A stretch of DNA of 64,000 bases from an uncultured Pelagibacteraceae bacterium (GCA_902595885.1 CACJRQ010000003.1:12679-76678); one strand, 5' to 3'. Shown: positions 10,705 through 21,606, numbered from the stretch's first letter. Translations and numbers: made by a program. The notes: generated by a model from the sequence alone, not told the origin.

Positions 10705-12036
10705 TTACTTGCCGATACAAAAATCGTTGAAAATACTACCTAATATCTCCTCTACATCAACTTTTCCAACTATCATACCTAAATGTCTAGTAGCTAATCT
10801 TAAATCTTCTGCAGCTTTATCAAAATCTTCGATTTCTTTTTTTTGATTAAAGTTATTTAGATGATCCAAACACTGTTTCAAATGTTGCCTGTGTCTCTCT
10901 CTTGTAATTAAAATATCATCACTTGTTAGAAATTTATTTTTTAAATTATTTTTTATTTTTAATATTAATTCTTCAATGTTTTTATTTTCTTTAATCGAAA
11001 TTAAAACATGATTTATTTTTTTAATTTCTGGATCAATATCTTTTTCTAAAAGATCAGATTTATTTATTACTAAAATTGCATTCTCATCTAATAAACCCTT
11101 CAAAACATCAGTAAAATCAAGGCTTTTTGCATCAACCACAACAAGCTTTAAATCTGCTTCTTCAGCTCTATTTAGAGATAATTTAATTCCTTTTTTTTCG
11201 ATCTCATCTTTAGAATCCCTTATTCCAGCCGTATCAGAAATAATGACAGGATAACCATTTATATTAAGATGAGTTTCAATTACATCTCTAGTAGTTCCAG
11301 CTATTTCAGAAACAATTGCAACATCACGATTAGATAAGTGATTCATCAAGCTAGATTTGCCGGCATTAGTTGGTCCTAGAATAGCAATCTTAAAACCTTC
11401 TCTAATTCTTTCTCCAACTTTTTGATCATTTAATATTTTTTTTATTTTTACTATTACCTCATCAGAACTATTTTTAATTTCATTCAAAATATTATTTGGC
11501 AAATCCTCATCTGGAAAATCTATTTTAGCTTCAACATGTGATAAAATTTTCAAAAGTTTTTCTCTTAAAAAATTAAATTGGTCTGCTGATTTTCCATTCA
11601 TAATTTTTATTGCTTGTTGTCTTTGGATTTCAGTTTCCGATGAAATTAAATCAGCAATACTCTCGGCTTTAAGTAAATTTATTTTTCCATTTTGAAAAGC
11701 TAGTTTTGTAAATTCACCAGGTTCAGCTAATCTGCAATTTTCAATATCTGAAAAAGAAGAATGCAGTGCATCAACAACAGCTTTACTGCCATGAACTTGT
11801 ATTTCAGCCATATCCTCACCAGTATAGCTCTCAGGCCCAGGAAACCAAAGGATTAGTCCCTCGTCAATCAGCTCAGAAGTGTTGATTTTATTGATTTTTC
11901 TTAATGTTGCTACCCGAGGTTTTGGTAGTTCTTTACTTGTTATTAATTTGATAATTTTAGATGTTTGTTTTCCAGAAATTCTGATAACTGCGATACCAGA
12001 AATTCCAGGTCCTGATGATAGTGCATAAATTGTCAT
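10705..12036 (-). CDS. mnmE: tRNA modification GTPase MnmE (TrmE)
   Basis: SYTGED, GPTNAGKSSL, GTTRD, DTAGIR, NKSD, C-terminal FCIGK; ATG at 12036. Confidence 0.98.
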   Translation of the reverse strand: MTIYALSSGPGISGIAVIRISGKQTSKIIKLITSKELPKPRVATLRKINKINTSELIDEGLILWFPGPESYTGEDMAEIQVHGSKAVVDALHSSFSDIENCRLAEPGEFTKLAFQNGKINLLKAESIADLISSETEIQRQQAIKIMNGKSADQFNFLREKLLKILSHVEAKIDFPDEDLPNNILNEIKNSSDEVIVKIKKILNDQKVGERIREGFKIAILGPTNAGKSSLMNHLSNRDVAIVSEIAGTTRDVIETHLNINGYPVIISDTAGIRDSKDEIEKKGIKLSLNRAEEADLKLVVVDAKSLDFTDVLKGLLDENAILVINKSDLLEKDIDPEIKKINHVLISIKENKNIEELILKIKNNLKNKFLTSDDILITRERHRQHLKQCLDHLNNFNQKKEIEDFDKAAEDLRLATRHLGMIVGKVDVEEILGSIFNDFCIGK

Positions 12037-12083
12037 CAATTTTTATTATAGCTATATATTATCTTTAATTATATAAATTTTTT

Positions 12084-12935
12084 ATGATCATTTGGTTGGC
12101 CTCCTATCCCAAAAGTGGAAATACTTACGTGAGAGCCTTTCTTTCTGCATACTATTTTTCTGAAAGTGGACATTTTGATTTTAGCCAAATTAAAAATATT
12201 GATCAATTTCCACATGAAAAATTTTTCAAACAAAAAGTAAATAATATGAAAGAGGCATCAAAACAATGGATGCCAATTCAAAGAAAAATCAACCAAGATA
12301 AGAAAATAAAATTTTTTAAAACACATAGCTTTTTAGGAAATTATGAAGGTAATATATTTACCTCACCAGAAACTACTCTTGGAGCGGTGTATATAATTCG
12401 TGATCCAAGAAATGTATTAACCTCTCTCAAAAACCATTTTTCTTTAGAAGATGATAAAGCTTTAAAAATGATTACAGATAAAGAGAGATGGTTAATGTCA
12501 AACAATGGATCTTTTGCCTCTTATACATATATAAGTTCTTGGTCTAATAATTACTTATCATGGTTAAGAAATAATCAATTTAGAAGACTTTTTATAAAAT
12601 ATGAAGATCTTATAACAAATAAATATGAAACTTTTAGAGATATAATTGTTTTTACAAATACTTTGATGAATAGAGTAGAGGGTATAGATAAATCAAAATT
12701 ACAAAAAGCTATCGAGACTACAAATTTTGATATTCTTAAGAAAAAAGAAATCAGCGAGACTTTTGATGGATCAGAAAGTAGTTTTAAAAATTGGAGAAAA
12801 TTTCACTCTGAAAACAAAAATTTGTTTTTTAACCTTGGTCCAGAAAATGATTGGAAAAAAATTTTAAAAACTAAAATTTCTAATGAAATTAAAATTAATT
12901 TTGAAAAAGAAATGAAAGAATTAAAATATTTATAA
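12084..12935 (+). CDS. PAPS-dependent sulfotransferase-domain protein
   Basis: 5'-PSB loop [11 protein letters not shown], catalytic-type KTH, 3'-PB motif RDPRNVLTS, KYEDL. Confidence 0.88.
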   Translation: MIIWLASYPKSGNTYVRAFLSAYYFSESGHFDFSQIKNIDQFPHEKFFKQKVNNMKEASKQWMPIQRKINQDKKIKFFKTHSFLGNYEGNIFTSPETTLGAVYIIRDPRNVLTSLKNHFSLEDDKALKMITDKERWLMSNNGSFASYTYISSWSNNYLSWLRNNQFRRLFIKYEDLITNKYETFRDIIVFTNTLMNRVEGIDKSKLQKAIETTNFDILKKKEISETFDGSESSFKNWRKFHSENKNLFFNLGPENDWKKILKTKISNEIKINFEKEMKELKYL

Positions 12936-12938
12936 AAA

Positions 12939-14489
12939 TTATTTTTTTAATAAATCAAACATTTCTTCAAGATATTCGGCGTAATTCTCATAAAGATTTT
13001 TTGATGATTTATATATAGGCTTTCTTGCTTGAGTAATGCTTGCAGTTTTAATTCCAAATTTATTTTTGTGATGATTAAGACAATTAGGGTCCCAATCTAA
13101 ACCACAAAAATTAATTAAGTTTTTAATTTCTTGCTCAGAATTATCAATTAAAGTTTCATATTTAATAGTGTAAATGTCATCATAATTTTTTTTCCAGAAA
13201 TTTATTAAATCTAAATAGATATTATAAAAGTTTGCAATATCTTTTTGATCGTATGCCCAATTCATAAAACCATGTATAAAATTATTTTTAAATATTGATA
13301 AACATACATCTCTAGAATTTCTTTCAGTAACAACTATTTTTGAGTTAGGAAAAAAAAATTTTATAAAACCTATCCATAAGAAATTCTGAATAGATTTATC
13401 AGAAAAAACTTTTGAAGTATATTTTAATTCATCAAATGAATTAAAAACATAATCCTGAAATAAATTTTCAGCCGAAAAAATATCATTGTGAATTTTTTCC
13501 TTATCAAGATTGTATTTTTTTAGGTAATTTTTGTTAATAAAAGGACTTAAGACATTATTTTCTCCTGTAGGCTCCACCTCAAAGTGAGAAGAAATAATTT
13601 GTTCTATTAAAGTTGTGCCTGATCTGGGCATCCCACATATAAAAATTATTTTTTTTTTTGATTTATTTTTTTTTATTTTCTTATGATCCAAATCAAGAAA
13701 AGTTTTTTTTATACTTTCGGTTAACGTTAATAGATCGTCTATATTAAAGTTAATCTGACTTTTTTTTAATTCATTCCCTTTTTTAAAAAATGAAAAAGCT
13801 TTCTTATAATTTTTTAATTTATCATATCCTTGACCCAGCGGGAATGCTAAATTTATAATTTCACTCTTGGTCAAGTTTTGATTATGATATAAATTTTCCA
13901 TATCAATAAAAAATTGTTTATCTTTATTTAAATCGATCATTTCAGAAAAAAGTTCATAATAATTAGTTTCTGTTGGATATTTTTTTAAACATTTGAGAGC
14001 AAATTCTCTAGCTCTTTTAATTTCACCTATAGCTAGATACAATCTACTTAATTTTGAAAATATATATGCCTCAGTTTTTCCAGTTGATAGTCTTAGGGCA
14101 GATGAATAAAGATTTATTGCTTCCTCAAATTCATTTAAATATTCCTTAAGATTTGCAAAGTTTATATATCCAGTGAGATAATCAGGTTTTATTTTTATAC
14201 ACTTTTTATAATTTTTTTCTGATAGTTGATATTTTTCTAATGCTTTTAAAGAAATAGCCAAATTATTAAGTGCAAAATAATTATTTTTATTAAGTTCTAT
14301 TGATTTCTCGAATCTTGGTATGGACTTTTCATAAAGAGCTAGGTTTTGATAAGCCTTACCACAAAGGTTGTATATTATTGTATTTTCAATTTTTGCATCA
14401 ATTATTTTTTCACAGGAATTAATAACTGTTTTAAATTCTTTGTTATTTAAATTTTCAATAATTTTGTTAATTTTTTCGTTTAAATTCAT
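12939..14489 (-). CDS. TPR-repeat-containing sulfotransferase
   Basis: N-terminal TPRs (YNLCGKAY, ALNNLAISL), then IFICGMPRSGTTLIEQIISSH, KYETLI and KTASITQARKPIY. Likely start is ATG 14489 (the track gives 14546). Confidence 0.88.
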   Translation of the reverse strand: MNLNEKINKIIENLNNKEFKTVINSCEKIIDAKIENTIIYNLCGKAYQNLALYEKSIPRFEKSIELNKNNYFALNNLAISLKALEKYQLSEKNYKKCIKIKPDYLTGYINFANLKEYLNEFEEAINLYSSALRLSTGKTEAYIFSKLSRLYLAIGEIKRAREFALKCLKKYPTETNYYELFSEMIDLNKDKQFFIDMENLYHNQNLTKSEIINLAFPLGQGYDKLKNYKKAFSFFKKGNELKKSQINFNIDDLLTLTESIKKTFLDLDHKKIKKNKSKKKIIFICGMPRSGTTLIEQIISSHFEVEPTGENNVLSPFINKNYLKKYNLDKEKIHNDIFSAENLFQDYVFNSFDELKYTSKVFSDKSIQNFLWIGFIKFFFPNSKIVVTERNSRDVCLSIFKNNFIHGFMNWAYDQKDIANFYNIYLDLINFWKKNYDDIYTIKYETLIDNSEQEIKNLINFCGLDWDPNCLNHHKNKFGIKTASITQARKPIYKSSKNLYENYAEYLEEMFDLLKK

Positions 14490-14548
14490 ATAATTTTTAA
14501 AATATAAAATTATTATACAATTAAAAAACAAAAAAAAATTAATCACAA

Positions 14549-15373
14549 GTGATTATTTGGTTAGCATCATATCCAAAAAGTGGGAATACCTGGGTAAGAG
14601 TATTTCTCAACACAATATTTTATACAAATAACGAGCTGAATATAAACAATATTAAAATCAAACAATTTCCTAACAGGGAACATTTTAAAAATATATTGGA
14701 TGATTTTGGTGACATAGAGGGAGTTATTAAAAATTCTTTAAATGCACAATATGCAATAAATCTGGATAACAAAATAAAATTTTTAAAAACTCATAGTGCC
14801 TGCTGGAAATCAAACAAAGGTATTTTTACAAACAATGAAAACACCTTGGGCGTCATTCATATCGTAAGAGATCCAAGAAATATCATCACATCTTTAAAAA
14901 AACATTTTGGTAAAATTAATTACGAAAGTGCATTAAAATTTATGCAAGATGAACGAAAATTTTTAGGATCGAAAAATAATAAAGAAGAAAATGATGTTGC
15001 AACACTAATTTCTTCTTGGTCTAATAATTATAAATCTTGGAAAAAATTTGAGAAAAACTACTTTTTAATAAAATATGAAGATCTTATAGAAAATCCAAAT
15101 AAAGAATTTTTAAAACTTATTCACTATTTAAAAGATATTACTAATTTTGAATTTGATGAGATAAAAATAAAAAAAGCTATAACTGACTGTAATTTTGAAA
15201 ATTTAAAAAAACAGGAAAAACAAAGAGGATTTATTGAAGCATCAAAAGATAGTGATCAAAATTTTTTCTCTCTTGGCCCAAATAATAATTGGAAAAAATT
15301 TCTAGATAACGATATTAGACGAAAAATTGAAAATAGCTTTAGAGTAGAAATGGAAGAGTTGAATTATTTATAA
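14549..15373 (+). CDS. PAPS-dependent sulfotransferase-domain protein, paralog of 12084-12935
   Basis: [29 protein letters not shown]; GTG start. Confidence 0.88.
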   Translation: MIIWLASYPKSGNTWVRVFLNTIFYTNNELNINNIKIKQFPNREHFKNILDDFGDIEGVIKNSLNAQYAINLDNKIKFLKTHSACWKSNKGIFTNNENTLGVIHIVRDPRNIITSLKKHFGKINYESALKFMQDERKFLGSKNNKEENDVATLISSWSNNYKSWKKFEKNYFLIKYEDLIENPNKEFLKLIHYLKDITNFEFDEIKIKKAITDCNFENLKKQEKQRGFIEASKDSDQNFFSLGPNNNWKKFLDNDIRRKIENSFRVEMEELNYL

Positions 15374-15376
15374 TTA

Positions 15377-16642
15377 TTATGGTTTATTCATTGAATTAAA
15401 AAATTCAGCATTATTTTTTGTATCTTTTAATTTTGAATTTATAAATTCAATTGCATCCATTGTACCCATTGGAGCAATTATCCTTCTTAAAACATTCATT
15501 TTTTGCAAATCATTTTTATCAAAAAGTAACTCTTCTCTTCTTGTGCCCGATTTAGTTATATCTATTGCCGGATATATTCTTTTGTCTGCAATTTTTCTAT
15601 CTAGTATTGTTTCGCTGTTACCAGTTCCTTTAAATTCTTCGAAAATTACTTCATCCATTCTGCTTCCTGTATCAATTAAAGCTGTAGAAATAATTGTTAA
15701 TGAACCACCTTCTTCGATGTTTCTTGCTGCACCAAAAAATCTTTTGGGTCTCTGAAGTGCATTTGCGTCAACGCCCCCTGTTAGAACCTTACCTGAGCTT
15801 GGTATAACTGCGTTATATGCTCTTCCTAATCTTGTTATAGAATCTAATAAAATAATAACGTCTTTTTTGTGTTCAGTTAATCTTTTAGCTTTTTCAATAA
15901 CCATTTCGGCCACTGCTACGTGCCTTTGAGCTGGTTCATCAAAAGTAGAACTAATTACTTCGCCCTTTACAGTTCTTTGCATGTCTGTTACTTCTTCTGG
16001 ACGTTCATCAATCAGCAAAACCATAAGGTAACATTCTGGATAATTTTTAGCTATTGAGTTTGCAATGCTTTGCAAAATCATTGTTTTTCCAGCTTTAGGT
16101 GGGGAAATAATTATTGATCTTTGTCCTTTACCGATTGGACTAACTAGATCAATAAGTCTTGGAGTTAAATCTTGTTTTTTTTCAACTTTTGTAGTTTCAA
16201 CTTCCATTACTAGCTGTTTATCTGGATATAGCGGTGTTAAGTTATCAAATGCAATTTTATGTCTTGCTTTTTCGGGCTCTTCAAAATTTATTTTACTAAC
16301 TTGTAATAATGCAAAATATCTTTCTCCTTCTTTAGGTGCTCTTACTGGACCTTCAACCGTATCGCCAGTTCTTAATCCGAATTTTCTTATCTGATTTGGG
16401 CTAACATATATATCATCTGGTCCAGGAAGATAATTGGATTCCATTGCTCTCAAAAAACCAAATCCGTCTTGCAATAACTGCAAAACACCAACACCAGTAA
16501 TCTCCTCCTTTTCAGCAACTTTCTTTAGAATAGCAAAAAGTATTTCTTGTTTTCTTAGTGTACTAGCGTTTTCTATACCAAGCTCTTCTGCTTGTGTAAT
16601 AAGCTGTTCAGATGATTTTAGTTTTAGTTCTTGAATGTTCAT
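15377..16642 (-). CDS. rho: Transcription termination factor Rho
   Basis: [44 protein letters not shown]. Confidence 0.98.
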   Translation of the reverse strand: MNIQELKLKSSEQLITQAEELGIENASTLRKQEILFAILKKVAEKEEITGVGVLQLLQDGFGFLRAMESNYLPGPDDIYVSPNQIRKFGLRTGDTVEGPVRAPKEGERYFALLQVSKINFEEPEKARHKIAFDNLTPLYPDKQLVMEVETTKVEKKQDLTPRLIDLVSPIGKGQRSIIISPPKAGKTMILQSIANSIAKNYPECYLMVLLIDERPEEVTDMQRTVKGEVISSTFDEPAQRHVAVAEMVIEKAKRLTEHKKDVIILLDSITRLGRAYNAVIPSSGKVLTGGVDANALQRPKRFFGAARNIEEGGSLTIISTALIDTGSRMDEVIFEEFKGTGNSETILDRKIADKRIYPAIDITKSGTRREELLFDKNDLQKMNVLRRIIAPMGTMDAIEFINSKLKDTKNNAEFFNSMNKP

Positions 16643-16708
16643 GATTAATTTTTTGATAAGGACTTATCAGTTAGTCATAATATATATACTGTTGTTATTA
16701 TTTCAACC

Positions 16709-17143
16709 CTAGATTGGCTTAAAAATAGCTAAAAATACAACGATAATTAAGATAACCGTCGGTATTTCATTAATTATCCTAAAAAATTTTGCAGATCTTG
16801 TATTTGTAGAATTTTTTAGAGAAGCAAGACATTTCCCTAAATAATCGTTGTAAGCTGTTAACAATATTACCAAGACAATCTTTATTTGAAACCATAATTG
16901 AGAGAAAATTTCAATTCCATTAAGATAAATTAATACCAATCCAAAAACCCAAGTAAAAACCATTGCGGGTCGCATAATGTAAAAAAATAATCTTTTTTCC
17001 ATAACTTCAAATATATCAATTGCTTCTTTCTTTTCTTTGTTCTCTACATGGTAAACAAAAATTCTAGGAAGATATAAAAGTCCTGCCATCCAAGAAACAA
17101 CAGCAATTAAATGTAAAGATTTAAATAATAAATACGAATTCAT
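16709..17143 (-). CDS. hemJ: Protoporphyrinogen oxidase HemJ
   Basis: KSLHLIAVVSWMAGLLYLPRIFVYH and FRIINEIPT motifs. Confidence 0.95.
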   Translation of the reverse strand: MNSYLLFKSLHLIAVVSWMAGLLYLPRIFVYHVENKEKKEAIDIFEVMEKRLFFYIMRPAMVFTWVFGLVLIYLNGIEIFSQLWFQIKIVLVILLTAYNDYLGKCLASLKNSTNTRSAKFFRIINEIPTVILIIVVFLAIFKPI

Positions 17144-17146
17144 ATA

Positions 17147-18142
17147 TCAGATATTTCTTTCAATTAAGGACTTTAGCAATACGATGTGATCATTATTATC
17201 ATTTAAACAGGGAATCATATCAAAGTTTTCTCCACCCGAATTTAAAAAACTCTCTTTGGCTTGAATTTGTATTTCTTCTAGAGTTTCTACACAATCAGAT
17301 GCAAAGCCTGGACAAATTGTAAGAACTTTTTTGACACCCTCTTTGGGTAAATTTTCTAAAGTCTTATCAGTATATGGTTGAAGCCATTCTTGTGGACCAA
17401 ATCTTGACTGAAATGTGGTTTTAATTTCAATTGAAGTAAATTTTTCTGAAATAAGTCTTGTCGTTTTATGACAATAGCAATGATAGGGGTCGCCTTTATC
17501 AAAATATTTTTTTGGTATCCCGTGATAAGAGGCTATAATTAGATCTGGTTTCCAATTAATTTCTTTAATTTTTTTATTAATCGAATTAACGAGTGCATCA
17601 ATGTAAAGTGGATCAGATTCATAGTGAGGAATTATTTTTAAAGAAGGTTGCCACCTCATTTTCATTAAAGTTCTGTATACCTCATCACAAACTGTTGCAG
17701 TTGTAGCTGCCGCGTATTGAGGATAAAGCGGAAGTATCACTAAGTTTTCGCATCCCATTTTATGCAATTTATTAATCTTGTTCTTAATGCTTGGATTTCC
17801 ATATCTCATAGCAAAATCTATAATAATGTTTTCTTTTGATAGTGAATTTGAAATTTTCTCACTTTGCTTTTTCGTGTAATAAAGAAGTGGAGAAATGTTT
17901 TCATCTTTCATCCAAATTTCTTTATAAGCTTTAGCAGTTTTAGAGGGTCTAAGATTTAAAATAAATAAATTTAAGATTATTTGCCAAACTAACGGATTTA
18001 CCTCGATAACTCTTCTATCAGAAAGAAACTCTTTTAAATATTTTCTTATATCAAACCAATTAGTGGAATCAGGTGTACCAAGATTGATTATGAGCACACC
18101 TGTGCTACCATATTTTATTGGTGGGTGGTTTTTTTCAATCAT
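17147..18142 (-). CDS. hemH: Ferrochelatase
   Basis: NLGTP, PLYPQY, SYHGIP, FQSRFGPQEWLQPYT, DCVETLEEI. Confidence 0.97.
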   Translation of the reverse strand: MIEKNHPPIKYGSTGVLIINLGTPDSTNWFDIRKYLKEFLSDRRVIEVNPLVWQIILNLFILNLRPSKTAKAYKEIWMKDENISPLLYYTKKQSEKISNSLSKENIIIDFAMRYGNPSIKNKINKLHKMGCENLVILPLYPQYAAATTATVCDEVYRTLMKMRWQPSLKIIPHYESDPLYIDALVNSINKKIKEINWKPDLIIASYHGIPKKYFDKGDPYHCYCHKTTRLISEKFTSIEIKTTFQSRFGPQEWLQPYTDKTLENLPKEGVKKVLTICPGFASDCVETLEEIQIQAKESFLNSGGENFDMIPCLNDNNDHIVLLKSLIERNI

Positions 18143-19143
18143 TTAAAATCTTTTACAATTTTAATTAAGCTTTCAACCATTTCTGGATTAGTTTCAGGTA
18201 GAATACCATGACCGAGATTAAATATATATGGATGATCTCGGAAAATTTCCAAATATTTAGAAGCCTCTTTTTTTAATATTTCTTTGTCTGTTAACAAAAT
18301 TTTTGGGTCCAAGCCACCTTGTATAGGTATTCTTATATCCCTAAGTATATTTTTTGGATCAACGTTATAATCGATGTTAATAGCATCTGGTTTAACGATT
18401 TCACAAAATTCTTTATAATTTTTTACCTCTCTGGGGAAACATATCACTGGTACATTTAAAGATTTTACATAATTTACTAAATTTAAAGTTGGGGAATAAA
18501 CATAGTTAGGCAAATCTTTTTCATCTAACAAGCCTGCCCAACTGTCAAATATTTGAATTATGTTTGCACCATTATCAATTTGGTTTTTTATATGAATTTT
18601 TAAAAACTTTTCTATAATTAATAAAATTCTATTTATTAAAAATTCATCTTTAAAGAAATTTTTTTTTAAACTCTTCTTTGGTGATTGTTGATTGATCATA
18701 TAAACTAATAGCGTCCATGGAGCACCAACAAATCCAATAGTATTTTTATTGTTTAAAGCTTGGTCTGAACTAACTTTTTTTATTGCTTTATACACACGAT
18801 GAATTTTCTCTACAAAATCAATTTCATCAATTTTTGCAACTTCGTTTAAATTTAGCTCTCCTAGCCTGGGCCCAAAGTTTTTTTCAAATTCTACTTTTTG
18901 GCCCAATCCATATGGAAGCATTAAAATATCTGAAAATATTATTGCAGCATCTAGATTAAATCTTTTTAAAGGCTGTAGAGTTATTTCTGAAGACAAATCA
19001 TCATTTAGACACAGATTGACAAAATTAGGATTTTTTTTTCTAATTTCTCTAAATTCTGGTAGATATCTTCCTGCTTGTCTCATAATCCATATAGGATTTA
19101 GTGAAGTATCTTTGTTAATTATTACTTTGTTTAAAGGTTTCAT
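18139..19143 (-). CDS. hemE: Uroporphyrinogen decarboxylase
   Basis: WIMRQAGRYLPEF, AAIIFSDIL, QIFDSWAG, FNLGHGILP. Confidence 0.97.
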   Translation of the reverse strand: MKPLNKVIINKDTSLNPIWIMRQAGRYLPEFREIRKKNPNFVNLCLNDDLSSEITLQPLKRFNLDAAIIFSDILMLPYGLGQKVEFEKNFGPRLGELNLNEVAKIDEIDFVEKIHRVYKAIKKVSSDQALNNKNTIGFVGAPWTLLVYMINQQSPKKSLKKNFFKDEFLINRILLIIEKFLKIHIKNQIDNGANIIQIFDSWAGLLDEKDLPNYVYSPTLNLVNYVKSLNVPVICFPREVKNYKEFCEIVKPDAINIDYNVDPKNILRDIRIPIQGGLDPKILLTDKEILKKEASKYLEIFRDHPYIFNLGHGILPETNPEMVESLIKIVKDFK

Positions 19144-19410
19144 AAATAAGTATTATTAATTATTGTAGTTGTAATATATCCTGTGAATAAAGGTGATTAT
19201 TTTTTATAAACATTATATTCACAGTTTATCCATATTCTGTGTGACTAAAATTGTTTAAAATGAAGCTTTTTTTATCATATTAATTTTTGTGGATTGTTTT
19301 AACCAGTTTATTATTAATGTTAATAAATAGTAGTTTTTACAAGGTTAATTTAAAAAATTTTAAATTGTTTAATTAAATTAAAATAATACAAACTTATTAA
19401 CAATTTATTC
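19144..19410. other. Probable chromosomal replication origin (oriC)
   Basis: Longest spacer in the window, lying between divergent hemE and ppsR (the known alphaproteobacterial oriC position). Consensus DnaA box TGTGAATAA at 19182-19190; near-consensus boxes at 19215-19223, 19226-19234, 19240-19248, 19288-19296, 19318-19326 and 19394-19402; parS/parAB/mnmG nearby. Confidence 0.85.
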
Positions 19411-20238
19411 ATGAGTAATATATATCAAATATATTTAATATCAGATTCAACTGGCGAAACTTTAGATAGAATATTTTTAGCTCTCAAGGCACAATTTTTA
19501 AATATTGAGTATAAAGTGCATTCATATTCTTTTACCAGAACTGAAAACCAAATTTTAAAAATTTTAGAGGATGCAAAAAAAGACAAAAATGCAATAATTT
19601 TATATACCATTGTAGATAATAATTTAGCCAAATATTTAGCAAACGTTAGCGAGGATAAAAAAATTCCATGTTTCGGTGTTCTCGGAAATTTAATTTTAAA
19701 TTTTTCAAAAATTTTAAACCAAAGAGCAACACATGAACCAAGTGGACAACATATATTAAATGAAGAATATTACGATAGGATTGAAGCAATCCAATTTACA
19801 ATGAATCATGATGATGGAAATTTAATTAATGAAATTGATAAATCAGATATTATTCTTGTAGGAGTAAGCAGGACCAGCAAAACACCAACCTCAATCTACC
19901 TTGCAAACAAAGGTTTCAAAACATCCAATATTCCATTAGTAAATGAAAACTCTTTGCCGGAAAAATTGAAACAAAATCCTCAACTTGCATGTGTGGTAGG
20001 CTTAAGTACAGAACCAGAAAGATTAGCTGATTTGAGAAAAAATAGAATGAACTCTTTAAAAGAAAGAGAAAATATAAAATATACTGACTTAGAAAGTATT
20101 AAAAAAGAAGTTTTAGATGCTAAAAAAACATTTCAAAAATATAAATGGCCACTTATAGATGTTACAAGAAAATCTGTTGAAGAAACAGCGGCATCAATAA
20201 TTAAAATTCATGAAATATATTTAAACAATGTTAAATAA
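19411..20238 (+). CDS. ppsR: PEP synthase / pyruvate,phosphate dikinase regulatory kinase-pyrophosphorylase (DUF299)
   Basis: ISDSTGET, HDDG, LVGVSRTSKTPTSIYLA, DVTRKSVEETAA. Confidence 0.92.
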   Translation: MSNIYQIYLISDSTGETLDRIFLALKAQFLNIEYKVHSYSFTRTENQILKILEDAKKDKNAIILYTIVDNNLAKYLANVSEDKKIPCFGVLGNLILNFSKILNQRATHEPSGQHILNEEYYDRIEAIQFTMNHDDGNLINEIDKSDIILVGVSRTSKTPTSIYLANKGFKTSNIPLVNENSLPEKLKQNPQLACVVGLSTEPERLADLRKNRMNSLKERENIKYTDLESIKKEVLDAKKTFQKYKWPLIDVTRKSVEETAASIIKIHEIYLNNVK

Positions 20239-20815
20239 GATTGTTCTTGCTTCTAAAAGTAAAATTAGAAAAAATATTTTAGATAAAAACAATATTCAAA
20301 GTACCGTTGTACCATCTAATGTTGATGAGGACACAGTGAAATTAAGTCTATTAAAAGAGAATGCAACTCCCGAGATTATTTCAAAAAACTTAGCCGAATT
20401 AAAAGCAAATAAAGTTAGTGCAAAAATAAATGATCAAATAGTACTAGGGGCCGACAGTGTTATAGATTTAGATAGTGAATTAATCTCAAAACCCCAGAGT
20501 AGACAAGAGGCAATGGAAATATTACAAAAATTAAATGGTAGGACACATTTTTTAATTAGTTCTGTCTGTGTTTCAAAAAATGGATCAATGATTTGGAATT
20601 ACACGGACAAGGCCACACTTAACATGAAAAATTTTTCAGAGTCACAATTAGAAAAATATTTATCTAAAATATCAGATGAGGATTTATTTGCCTATAATGT
20701 TTACCAAATAGAAGGAGAGGGCAGGAGCTTATTTGATAGCATTATTGGAGATGAGGATACTATAATGGGTCTACCAATAAAAAAGATTAAACAGTATCTA
20801 AATGAGATAAAATGA
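20228..20815 (+). CDS. maf: Maf-family nucleotide pyrophosphatase
   Basis: IVLASKSKIR, LAELKA, LGADSV, YQIEG, IMGLP. Confidence 0.92.
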   Translation: MLNKIVLASKSKIRKNILDKNNIQSTVVPSNVDEDTVKLSLLKENATPEIISKNLAELKANKVSAKINDQIVLGADSVIDLDSELISKPQSRQEAMEILQKLNGRTHFLISSVCVSKNGSMIWNYTDKATLNMKNFSESQLEKYLSKISDEDLFAYNVYQIEGEGRSLFDSIIGDEDTIMGLPIKKIKQYLNEIK

Positions 20816-21606
20816 ACAAATATTTCGTAATAGGAAATCCAGTAGAGCATTCATTATCACCAAAATTACATAATTTTTGGATTAAAAAAAATAACATAAA
20901 TGCTTTTTATGATAAAAAAAAACTTGAAGAAAATGAAATTGAGAATTTCATTAAGAATATAAAAAAAAAAATAATATCAGGCTCTAATGTAACTGTTCCA
21001 TTTAAAAAAACTGTTATTCCTTATTTAGATAAATTAAGTTATGAGGCAGAACAAACACAGTCAGTTAACACGATAATATTCCAGAATAATAGATTAGTAG
21101 GTCACAATACTGATATTGTGGGCTTTTCAAAAGCAATAGAGAAAACAAATTTTGCAGTGAAAAATAAAAAAATTTTTATATTAGGTGCTGGTGGTGTAGT
21201 ACCTTCAATAATATTTTCTTTAAAAAGAATGCAAGTCTCTGAAATAATTATAAGTAATAGGACTAAAGAAAAAGCTGAGAATTTGAAAAATTATTTTGAT
21301 AATTTAAAAGTTATAAATTGGGGAGTCGTTCCAACTTTTGATATAATTATTAATGCAACTAGCTTGGGATTAAAAAATGAGTCTATAGAATTAGATCTTT
21401 CTAACATTGGAAAAGATAAATTATTTTATGATGTAATATATAATCCAAGTGAAACTAAATTTTTGAAAAAAGGAAGGGAATTAGGAAATAAAACTGAAAA
21501 TGGTAAATTAATGTTTATATATCAAGCTCATGAGTCATTTAAATTGTGGCACGATATAGATCCATTAATTGATGAAGAAACATTTAAACTATTTGAAAAT
21601 GATTAA
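20812..21606 (+). CDS. aroE: Shikimate dehydrogenase
   Basis: GNPVEHSLSP, NVTVPFK, NTD, LGAGG, INATSLG, DVIYNP. Confidence 0.95.
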   Translation: MNKYFVIGNPVEHSLSPKLHNFWIKKNNINAFYDKKKLEENEIENFIKNIKKKIISGSNVTVPFKKTVIPYLDKLSYEAEQTQSVNTIIFQNNRLVGHNTDIVGFSKAIEKTNFAVKNKKIFILGAGGVVPSIIFSLKRMQVSEIIISNRTKEKAENLKNYFDNLKVINWGVVPTFDIIINATSLGLKNESIELDLSNIGKDKLFYDVIYNPSETKFLKKGRELGNKTENGKLMFIYQAHESFKLWHDIDPLIDEETFKLFEND

